A DNA stretch of 61,066 bases from Elusimicrobiota bacterium (GTDB taxonomy: Bacteria > Elusimicrobiota > Elusimicrobia > Elusimicrobiales > UBA9959), in contig DAIENX010000104.1 in NCBI GenBank assembly GCA_027340875.1, forward strand, positions 1 to 61,066. The letters are read 5' to 3'. This document shows, in pieces, positions 17,459 through 25,178 of this stretch; position 1 is the stretch's first letter; the number at the start of each line of letters is the position of its first letter. The position numbers and the translations under genes are program-made. The notes beneath the pieces were generated by a model that saw nothing but the letters and a program-made list of their open reading frames with translations, did no database searches and was not told the DNA's origin.

Positions 17459-19056
17459 TGCTGGAACGAGTAGCCCCTCGCCTTGGCCTGTCTGCGGATG
17501 GAATCGATCATGGCCTTGTCGAGCGTATTGGAGGCGGAGGACTTCTTCTCCTCGGCGGCCAGGTAGGCGCGCCTTTCGGCCTGCAGCCGGTTTATCTCTT
17601 CCTTGATCTTGCGGCGCTCGGCCAGCTTGTCATCGATATACTTGGCGCGAGCCTTATCGTCCAGCTTGCGCAGTTCGGCGGGCAGCTTGTCAGCCTCCAC
17701 CTCCTCCTTCTTCAGGGAGCCGCTTTCGATGGCCGAGACTACGTCCCAGGAGGCGTCAGCCCTGGCGGCGGAGGGCGCCGCGGCCTGGAAGGCCGCGCGC
17801 TCCGCCATCACCGCCTTGCCCGCGCCCCTGACCTCCGCCACGGCGGCTTTCTTGGACTCCAGCCGGTCCGCGCCCGAGGCCCCGTAGGCCACGTAGGTGT
17901 CGCTGAGCTGCGAGCTGAGCTGGGCTATCCTGTCGTCCTGCGGGGAGGCGATCTCGTAATTGACGGCGGACTGGTCTATATTGGTGTAGTCGCCGTCGGC
18001 TAGGTCCGCGCCGGTCTTCCACTGCTGGGCCAGTCCCTGCTGGCGGGAGCCGCAGTAGATGGTGTTGACGAAGATGCCCTTGGCCTTCGCCTCGGCCGCG
18101 GCTTCGGAGAAGCTGACGGGGCCCTGGGTGAAAGGCTCGTTGCCGGCTATGAAGATGGCCTTGTATACGTCGGTCTTGGGACTCCACTTGAGCCCCTCCA
18201 CGGCGTCCTTGATCACCTGGCCGCAGTACTCCTCGCCGCCGTTGGTCCTGAGCGCGAACAGCGCGGAGGAGACCTTGTCGAGGTCCGCGGTGAACGGCGT
18301 TACCTGTCTGACCCAGCCGCTATCCCTGGAGAGCGTAGAATTGCCGTATTCGTACAGGGCTACCTCTATGGAAGGCCTTGAGCCGCTCTTCTCCGCAGTT
18401 ACCAGCTCGTTGACTATCTTCCAGAGCTGGGTGCGGGCCTGGTTTATCAGCCCGTCCATGGAATTGGAGGTGTCCAGCAGCACCGCCACCTGCACCAGCG
18501 GCTTGGCGCCGAAATCCTTCGGCGGCGTGACGGGCGAGTCGCCCCAGGTGCGGCTGATGGCGGCGGATGCCGCCGCCAGTATCTTCCCGGTCTCGGTGTC
18601 GACGGCGCGCGCGTTGACCTCGGCGCGTCCGTCCTTGAGGTCGTTGAGGGTGCCCAGTACCAGCGCGTCGGCGCCCAGCGTCCTGCCGAGCTTCTTCACG
18701 GAATCGTCGTCGATGGCCCCGGAGGCCTGGAGCTTCAGTTCCGCCAGGACCTTGGTGAGGAGGGCCCGCTCTATAAGGGTCAGGTCCTTGTACTGCGCCA
18801 GCTCCGTGGTAAGGCGCTCCTGCACCACCGCCGGGCCCGCCGAGACCCCGCCTCCGCCGGCGTAAGGGAACTCGAGCACGGCCAGCTTCATGCCCTTGTT
18901 CTTCTTCAGCCCCTTGAAAAGGGATTTGGCCAGGCTCGACAGCTCCTCGGAGGGGGCCGACTTCAGGGCCGGGGCCTCCGCTCCAGCCGCCGGCGCCGCT
19001 GCCTGCGAAACGGCCGGCGACAGCGCGAACGTTATGCTGAAAAATATCTGTTTCAT
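17455..19056 (-). CDS. Secreted FlgO/CsgG-like + von Willebrand factor A domain protein
   Basis: N-terminal LAVLEF...LIERALL...LGADALVLGTL...VNARAVDTETGKILAA; MIDAS DTSNS; TNGGEEYCG; IFIAGNEPF. Confidence 0.8.
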   Translation of the reverse strand: MKQIFFSITFALSPAVSQAAAPAAGAEAPALKSAPSEELSSLAKSLFKGLKKNKGMKLAVLEFPYAGGGGVSAGPAVVQERLTTELAQYKDLTLIERALLTKVLAELKLQASGAIDDDSVKKLGRTLGADALVLGTLNDLKDGRAEVNARAVDTETGKILAAASAAISRTWGDSPVTPPKDFGAKPLVQVAVLLDTSNSMDGLINQARTQLWKIVNELVTAEKSGSRPSIEVALYEYGNSTLSRDSGWVRQVTPFTADLDKVSSALFALRTNGGEEYCGQVIKDAVEGLKWSPKTDVYKAIFIAGNEPFTQGPVSFSEAAAEAKAKGIFVNTIYCGSRQQGLAQQWKTGADLADGDYTNIDQSAVNYEIASPQDDRIAQLSSQLSDTYVAYGASGADRLESKKAAVAEVRGAGKAVMAERAAFQAAAPSAARADASWDVVSAIESGSLKKEEVEADKLPAELRKLDDKARAKYIDDKLAERRKIKEEINRLQAERRAYLAAEEKKSSASNTLDKAMIDSIRRQAKARGYSFQQ

Positions 19057-19144
19057 GGGGGTGCCCCTTTTACGCCTTGTTATCCTACGGCGATTCTAGA
19101 ATACAAAATAATTGCTCTCCGCGGAACCGCGCCTGGCGGTCTTA

Positions 19145-19173
19145 TTGAAATGCACCGGCAAATAAGGTATTTT
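19145..19173 (+). promoter_or_regulatory. Sigma70-type promoter TTGAAA-N17-TATTTT, 7 nt before the apbE ATG
   Basis: Direct read of 19145-19150 and 19168-19173. Confidence 0.5.
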
Positions 19174-19180
19174 TAGGGAT

Positions 19181-20212
19181 ATGACGGCGAATACCGCCCT
19201 GACGAGAGCCTTGCGCCTGTTCCTTCCCGCCGCGCTGATCCTGGCGGCCGCCGCCTGCGGAAAGCGGCCGGACGAGGTCTACCTTCAGAAGGCCTTCATC
19301 ATGGGCGTCCCGGCCCAGGTGAAGGTGTACGGCGCCGACGAGGCTTCGGGCAAGGAGATCGCGGACTCCGTTTTCAAGGAATGGGAACGGATCTCCGGGG
19401 ATTTCAGCTATACCGACCCATACAGCATGACGTCGGTGGTGAACAAGAAGGCCTTCGGCGACTGGGTGAAGGTCAACTACGAGTTCCTGTCCCTGCTGCG
19501 CCTTTCGCTTGACTACTATAAGCTGACCGACGGCGCTTTCGACATCACCTTCGCCCCGCTCTGGCCCATCTGGCAGCAGGCCGCCTCCACCAAGAAGATG
19601 CCCTCCAGGGAGGAGATCGCGAAGGCGCTGGCCAACATGGGCTCCGGCTACGTGCAGGTGGACGAGACCCGGAAAATGGTGCGCTTCTCCAGGCCGGTGC
19701 AGATAAACCTGGGGGGGATACTGCGCGGCTACTGTGTCGTCCGGGCGGCCAGGATGCTGCGGGAGATGAACCCTCCCTACCCGGTGGAGCTGTGGCTGGG
19801 CAGCAACATGCTGGCCTACGGCAAGCGGGACTGGGAGTACCCGGTCACGGACCCGTTCGACGCGGACAAGACCTTCGGCAAGTTCAAGTTCAGCCAGGGG
19901 GTGATGCTCTCTTCTTCGGGGCGCGAGCATTTCGTGCAGATAGAGGGGAAGCTGTATTCCCACATCCTCGACCTCAAGACAGGCTATCCGCTGCCGGACT
20001 TCTCCAGCCTGGTGGTGTATTTCCCGCGGCTGGAGAGCGAGAACTACATGTCCTCCGCCATGCTGGCCGTGATGGGCAGGCAGAAGGCCTTCTCGCTGCT
20101 CTCCAGGATGAAGGGTACCGCCGCGGTATGGATAGACGGCTCCGGGAAGGAGACCGTGCTGACCAACCCCGACAGCGGCGCGGTGTGGGAGAAGACCCGC
20201 AAGCTCTTCTGA
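19181..20212 (+). CDS. apbE: ApbE-family FAD:protein FMN transferase, divergent lipoprotein
   Basis: AAAC lipobox-like site; TDGAFDIT, NLGGILRGY, SSSG, YSHILDLKTGYP. Confidence 0.85.
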   Translation: MTANTALTRALRLFLPAALILAAAACGKRPDEVYLQKAFIMGVPAQVKVYGADEASGKEIADSVFKEWERISGDFSYTDPYSMTSVVNKKAFGDWVKVNYEFLSLLRLSLDYYKLTDGAFDITFAPLWPIWQQAASTKKMPSREEIAKALANMGSGYVQVDETRKMVRFSRPVQINLGGILRGYCVVRAARMLREMNPPYPVELWLGSNMLAYGKRDWEYPVTDPFDADKTFGKFKFSQGVMLSSSGREHFVQIEGKLYSHILDLKTGYPLPDFSSLVVYFPRLESENYMSSAMLAVMGRQKAFSLLSRMKGTAAVWIDGSGKETVLTNPDSGAVWEKTRKLF

Positions 20213-20229
20213 ACTTCCGCATCGGAACG

Positions 20230-20260
20230 AAAAAAGCCGGGGTTCTCCCCGGCTTTTTTT
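20230..20260. terminator. Bidirectional intrinsic terminator
   Basis: aaaaaagccgggg-ttct-ccccggcttttttt between convergent genes. Confidence 0.9.
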
Positions 20261-20276
20261 CATGTCCTGACCCCGG

Positions 20277-20765
20277 CTAGCGCGCCTCTTCGAACTCGCC
20301 CTTGGCCCGGTTCTTTCTGACGTTGTACCAGTTGAAATAACGCCCGTTCATCGCGATGTAGACCCCGTAAGGGAGGGTCTGCGCGAAGGAAAGGGCCGAG
20401 CCCAGGTTGAAGAGCCCGTCGGAAGAGCCGAACTTGTACGGGACCATCGCCCCGGTGAGGACCACGGTCTTGTTCTTTACCGCCGGGCCGAGGACAGCCG
20501 CCGTACGCGGCATCGTGTCGGTGCCGTGGGTGATGACGATGTGGTTCTCTTTCGCCGCGAGGCAGGCGGCCAGTATCCTGCGCCTGTGCGCGTCGGTCAT
20601 GTTGAGGCTGTCTATCATCATCAGCTCTTTCACCGCGACCTTCACGCGCGAGCGGCCAAGGGCCAGCATCTCGTGCAGGTGCGTCTTGCGGAAGAAGAGC
20701 TGCCCGTCGAGTTCGTTGTATTCCTTGTCGAAAGTGCCGCCGGTAACGAGCAGTTTTATCGTCAT
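20277..20765 (-). CDS. Short-chain L-asparaginase (N-terminal catalytic domain only)
   Basis: TGGTFDK and THGTDTM catalytic Thr motifs; 162 aa. Confidence 0.88.
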   Translation of the reverse strand: MTIKLLVTGGTFDKEYNELDGQLFFRKTHLHEMLALGRSRVKVAVKELMMIDSLNMTDAHRRRILAACLAAKENHIVITHGTDTMPRTAAVLGPAVKNKTVVLTGAMVPYKFGSSDGLFNLGSALSFAQTLPYGVYIAMNGRYFNWYNVRKNRAKGEFEEAR

Positions 20766-20810
20766 GGTGGGGACGGCGGCGCGTCCGCTGTGGCGCGCCG
20801 CCCCGGTTCC

Positions 20811-22253
20811 TTATTTCCTGGCGTCCTTCATGAAGGCCAGGTAGCCCTTGTAGGCCATGTAGATGTCCAGCTTGCCCGCCAGCTCCATCGGCGCGTGCAT
20901 CGAGAAGAGGCCGACGCCGCAGTCCACGACCTGCATGCCGTAGCGCGCCATGAACTGCGCTATCGTGCCGCCGCCGCCCTGGTCCACCTTTCCCAGCTCG
21001 CCGGTCTGCCAGACCACGCCGTTGCGGTCGAAGATGCGGCGGATATGGGCCATGAACTCGGCGCTGGCGTCAGAGGAGCCGCTCTTGCCGCGCGAGCCGG
21101 TGAACTTGGTGACGCAGACGCCGTGGTTGACGAACGCCGTGTTGCGGCGCTCGTTGACCGACGGGAACATCGGGTCGAACAGCCCGTTGACGTCGGCGGA
21201 CAGCATCCAGGAGTTGTGCAGGGCCCGCTTGAGCGCGAGCTCGCTGTAGGAGTCGGAGGTCAGGTTCAGCAGCTCGGCCGAGGAGTTCTCGAAGAGGAAC
21301 GAGGCCATGCCGGTGGCGCCGACGGAACCTATCTCCTCCTTGTCGCAGAGCAGCACGCAGGCGGTGTATTCCGGCACGCCCTTCAGGTCCAGCAGGGCCT
21401 TGAGCCCCGCGTAGGCGCAGACGCGGTCGTCGTGGCCGTAGGCCAGCACCATCGAGCGGTCGAGGCCCGCCTCGCGCGGCTTTGCGGCGGGGACTATCTC
21501 CAGCTCGGCCGAAAGGAAGTCCTCCTCGGTGATGCCGTACTTCTTGTTCAGGAGCGAGAGGATGTTATGCTTGATCTTCTCCTTCTTGTCCTTCTCGGAA
21601 GCGGGGATCGAGCCGGCCACCACGTCCAGGTTCTCTCCGGGTATGGCCTCTCCGATGGTCTTCTTGTACTGGTCGGCCGCGAGGTGCGGCAGCAGGTCGG
21701 TGATGCAGAGCACCGGCTCGGAGGGGTCCTCGCCTATGCAGACCTTCACCTTCTTGCCGTCGGGCTTTACCACCACGCCGTGCAGCGCAAGGGGGATGGT
21801 GACCCACTGGTACTTCTTGATGCCGCCGTAGTAATGAGTGTCCAGCAGGGCCAGCCCGTCCTTCTCGTAAAGGGGGTTCTGCTTGAGGTCTATGCGGGGG
21901 GAATCCGTGTGGCCGCCCACGATGTGCATGCCGGCCTCGAGCGGCTTCTTGCCGACAACCACCGCCATCAGCGTCTTGCCCTCGCTGGAGCGGTAGACCC
22001 GGTCCCCGGGGACCATGCGGGTGCCGTCCTTCTCGAGCTGCTTCATGTTCCTGAAGCCTGCGGCCTCGAGCAGCAGGACGGCCTCGTCGTGGGCCTCGCG
22101 TTCGGTCTTGGCCTTGGTGATGAACTCGATATAGGCCCGGTTCACTTCCTCGCAATGCTTCAGCTCGGCCGGGGAGATCTTCTCGTAGCCGTTCTTCGGG
22201 GCGTAGGTGAGGTGGGAAGCCTTAGCGGCTGGTTTCCTGGCGGTTTTTTTCAT
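20811..22253 (-). CDS. M18 family aminopeptidase
   Basis: GHTDSPRIDLK, HYYGGIKKYQW, GHDDRVC, DKEEIGS, GGGGTIA, SMHAP; start moved to MKKTARK. Confidence 0.92.
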   Translation of the reverse strand: MKKTARKPAAKASHLTYAPKNGYEKISPAELKHCEEVNRAYIEFITKAKTEREAHDEAVLLLEAAGFRNMKQLEKDGTRMVPGDRVYRSSEGKTLMAVVVGKKPLEAGMHIVGGHTDSPRIDLKQNPLYEKDGLALLDTHYYGGIKKYQWVTIPLALHGVVVKPDGKKVKVCIGEDPSEPVLCITDLLPHLAADQYKKTIGEAIPGENLDVVAGSIPASEKDKKEKIKHNILSLLNKKYGITEEDFLSAELEIVPAAKPREAGLDRSMVLAYGHDDRVCAYAGLKALLDLKGVPEYTACVLLCDKEEIGSVGATGMASFLFENSSAELLNLTSDSYSELALKRALHNSWMLSADVNGLFDPMFPSVNERRNTAFVNHGVCVTKFTGSRGKSGSSDASAEFMAHIRRIFDRNGVVWQTGELGKVDQGGGGTIAQFMARYGMQVVDCGVGLFSMHAPMELAGKLDIYMAYKGYLAFMKDARK

Positions 22254-22335
22254 TTTAGGGTCCTCCGGAAAATGGTCTGGGCGACCTGCGTCGGCCAATT
22301 ACATATTACCATTTTGCTATCATTTATACCCGGCC

Positions 22336-23544
22336 ATGAACGACGCGAAATACGCCCGCAGGGTATTGGTGCTGATCTTCGCCCTCAGCCTGTTCAACTA
22401 TATCGACAGGCAGGTGCTGTACGCCGTCTTCCCGCTGATAAAGACCGACCTCCGCTTAAGCGACGCGCAGCTCGGCTTTCTGGCTTCGTCTTTCATGATA
22501 GTGTACATGTGCGTGGCCCCTTTCGTGGGCTACCTGGGCGACAGGCTTCGCCGCCCGGCCATCATAGGCCTCAGTGCCGTCTTCTGGAGCGTCTCCACCC
22601 TTTTCAGCGGCCTCGTGAAGAACTACGCCCAACTGGCCGTGACGCGCTCGGCCGTGGGCGTCGGCGAGGCCGGCTACGGTACCGTCTCCCCGTCCTTCCT
22701 GGCCGAATGGTTCCCGCCGGCCCGCAGGGCCAGGATCATGGCGCTGTACGCGCTGGCCATCCCGGCGGGCAGCGCGGTCGGCTATCTGCTGGGAGGATAC
22801 CTCGGCCAGCGTTTCGGCTGGCGGGAGGCCTTCTACATCGTCGCCGTACCGGGCCTCCTGCTGGGGCTGGCCTCGCTGACGCTGAAGGAAACGCACGAAA
22901 AGACATCGCGGGCGGAGCATGTCCCGCTTTCCGGCTATAAAGCGCTGTTCACCAACCGGACCTTCATGCTCGTCTGCCTGGCGCAGTCCATAGGCACGTT
23001 CACCGTGGGAGGCCTGGCCGCCTGGATGCCTTCCTACTTCGTGAGGACCTTCGGGGTCTCAGTGGCGAGGGCCGGGTTCCTGTTCGGGGCCGTGACCGTG
23101 GCGGCGGGCGTCGCCGGCAATTTCGCCGGCGGCTGGGCCGCGGACTGGCTGCGCTCCCGTACCCGGCGCGCCTATTTCGTGGTCGGTTACGCCAGCTTTT
23201 TCCTGAGCGTGCCTTTCGGCGCGGCTTCCATACTTGCCGGGAACCTGAGCGCGTGCCTGGCGCTGATGTTCTTCGCCGAATTCTTCATCTTCGCCTATTC
23301 CGGCCCGTACCACGCCGCCATCGTTGAGACGGTGCCGTCCGGCATGCGCTCTATGGCCTTTGCCGTGGACATTTTCATAATCCACGCGCTCGGCGACGCC
23401 GTGTCACCGTTCCTGCTGGGTCTGGTCTCGGACGCGGCCGGGCTGCCGTTCGCTATCTTCCTCGCCATACTTTATCTGATGCTGGGCGGCGTGGTCTCCA
23501 TAGCCGCCGGCGAAGCTTACAAAAAGGACTTCAACGACAAATGA
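22336..23544 (+). CDS. MFS transporter (spinster-like)
   Basis: FNYIDRQ, GYLGDRLRR motif A, GVGEA, multiple TM segments; start moved to ATG 22336. Confidence 0.9.
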   Translation: MNDAKYARRVLVLIFALSLFNYIDRQVLYAVFPLIKTDLRLSDAQLGFLASSFMIVYMCVAPFVGYLGDRLRRPAIIGLSAVFWSVSTLFSGLVKNYAQLAVTRSAVGVGEAGYGTVSPSFLAEWFPPARRARIMALYALAIPAGSAVGYLLGGYLGQRFGWREAFYIVAVPGLLLGLASLTLKETHEKTSRAEHVPLSGYKALFTNRTFMLVCLAQSIGTFTVGGLAAWMPSYFVRTFGVSVARAGFLFGAVTVAAGVAGNFAGGWAADWLRSRTRRAYFVVGYASFFLSVPFGAASILAGNLSACLALMFFAEFFIFAYSGPYHAAIVETVPSGMRSMAFAVDIFIIHALGDAVSPFLLGLVSDAAGLPFAIFLAILYLMLGGVVSIAAGEAYKKDFNDK

Positions 23545-24191
23545 AACCAGAAGATATAGAGGTGCTGAAGGAGACCCCTGAGCTGCTGGTGGTGAACAAA
23601 CCGTCAGGGGTGCTTACTATGCCGGCCAGGGGCGACCTCGCCAGGGCCAAGCACCTTGTCGGCCTCCTGCACCAGCGCTTCGGCCGGGTCTACGTGACCC
23701 ACCGGCTGGACAAGGACGCCAGCGGCCTGATCATCTTCGCCCGTACCCCCGAGGCGCACAAGTACTACTCCGGCCTGTTCGAGACCAGGGCCGTGGAGAA
23801 GACTTACCTGGTCGCCGTGGAGGGCCAGGTGCGCGAGAAGAAGGGCGAGATAGACAAGCCGCTCAAGCAGCGCGGCTCCGGGCGCATGTCGGTCGCCTTC
23901 GACGGAAAAGCTTCCCTTACCCGCTACTCGGTGCTCGAGAAGCACAAGAAGGCCACCGTGCTGGAAGTCTCCATCGTGACCGGGCGCCGGCACCAGATAA
24001 GGGCGCACCTCTACTCCATCGGACATCCCGTGATCGGCGACTCCATGTACGGCGACGCCGCGAAGCAGGCGGCGTATCCAAGGCTGATGCTGCATTCCTG
24101 GAAGCTGAGGTTCAAGGACACCGAGGGCCGCCAGCTCTCCTTCGAGGCGGACCCGCCGGCGGATTTCCTGGGCGTGCTCAAGGTGCTATAA
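23541..24191 (+). CDS. RluA-family pseudouridine synthase
   Basis: VVNKPSG, HRLDKDASG catalytic Asp, TGRRHQIRAH, GHPVIGD..YG, LMLHS. Confidence 0.93.
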   Translation: MKPEDIEVLKETPELLVVNKPSGVLTMPARGDLARAKHLVGLLHQRFGRVYVTHRLDKDASGLIIFARTPEAHKYYSGLFETRAVEKTYLVAVEGQVREKKGEIDKPLKQRGSGRMSVAFDGKASLTRYSVLEKHKKATVLEVSIVTGRRHQIRAHLYSIGHPVIGDSMYGDAAKQAAYPRLMLHSWKLRFKDTEGRQLSFEADPPADFLGVLKVL

Positions 24192-24192
24192 T
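24184..24192 (+). promoter_or_regulatory. Perfect extended -10 (TGcTATAAT) overlapping the RluA-family gene stop codon
   Basis: gtgctataat; the TAA stop at 24189-24191 lies inside the element. Confidence 0.55.
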
Positions 24193-24219
24193 AGCCCTGT
24201 AGCGGAGCTGCTTCCCTGT

Positions 24220-24249
24220 AAGGCATCCTGCAAGGATGCCTTTTGCTTT
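24220..24249 (+). terminator. Intrinsic terminator
   Basis: aaggcatcct-gca-aggatgcctt followed by ttgcttt. Confidence 0.7.
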
Positions 24250-24318
24250 GGCGCCCGGCACGCTGAAACTTCGACCCGCCGGCCGCATCTAAATAGGAAG
24301 GGAAAAAGGAGAGACCAT

Positions 24319-24960
24319 ATGGGATTCATGGACCAGCAGACCGCGGACGAGGTGCGCAAGAGGCTTGCGGAGCTGGCGGGCGCGGTCAAGATAGTGTTCT
24401 TCAAGGAGAACCTGATGTGCCAGACCTGCGCTCCGGCCGAGGAGTTCTACAAGGAAGTATCCGGCCTTTCCGATAAGGTCGTATTCGAAGTCCATAACCG
24501 CGTCACCGACGCGGAGAAGGCCTCCGCCTACGGCGTGCAGCTGACGCCTGCCGCGGTAATAGAGGGCCCCGCCGGCGCGCGCGTGCGGTTCTACGGCATC
24601 CCGGCCGGCTATGAGTTCGTCTCGCTGCTGGAGGCTCTGAAGAACTCGGCGGCGGCCGCCCAGGACCTGCAGCCGGAGACGGTGGCCGCCCTGGGCGCGG
24701 TGGCCAAGCCCGTGAACATCAAGGTTTTCGTGACGCCCAGCTGCCCGTACTGCCCTTCGGCCGTGGTGATGGCGCATAAGTTCGCGCTGGTCTCTCCGAG
24801 CATTACCGCGGAGATGGTGGAAGCCTCGGAGTTCCCTGACCTGGCGGACAAGTACGGGGTGTCCGGGGTGCCCCAGATCGTAGTGAACGACAAGATAAGC
24901 CTGGTCGGGGCACAGCCGGAGCCGGCCATGCTGAAGGCCGTGCTGGAAGCGGCGGCCTAG
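24319..24960 (+). CDS. Protein disulfide oxidoreductase (two thioredoxin folds, AhpF-NTD/PDO type)
   Basis: CQTC and CPYC; FYGIPAGYEF; GVP cis-Pro. Confidence 0.9.
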   Translation: MGFMDQQTADEVRKRLAELAGAVKIVFFKENLMCQTCAPAEEFYKEVSGLSDKVVFEVHNRVTDAEKASAYGVQLTPAAVIEGPAGARVRFYGIPAGYEFVSLLEALKNSAAAAQDLQPETVAALGAVAKPVNIKVFVTPSCPYCPSAVVMAHKFALVSPSITAEMVEASEFPDLADKYGVSGVPQIVVNDKISLVGAQPEPAMLKAVLEAAA

Positions 24961-24968
24961 GAGGGGTT

Positions 24969-25175
24969 ATGTTCACCAAGAACGTGGGAAAGCCCGACAG
25001 GGTGATAAGGATAATCGTCGGAATAGCGCTGGGAATAGCGGCTTATCTGACCGGCGGCACGGCCGGCCTGATAATGGGGATAGCCGCCGCGGTGGCCCTG
25101 CTCACCGGCATACTGAGCTGGTGCGGACTTTATTCCCTGCTCGGCATCAATACCTGCCGGATAGACAAGCCGTAG
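24969..25175 (+). CDS. DUF2892 (YgaP-like) membrane protein
   Basis: KNVGKPDRVIR, two TM segments, WCGLYSLLGINTC; GGAGG SD. Confidence 0.88.
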   Translation: MFTKNVGKPDRVIRIIVGIALGIAAYLTGGTAGLIMGIAAAVALLTGILSWCGLYSLLGINTCRIDKP

Positions 25176-25178
25176 GGA

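Noticed and set aside
20775..20805. GC-rich hairpin between the M18 and asparaginase genes as a terminator
   Set aside because: No U tract on the coding strand; more likely an intra-operon stem-loop.
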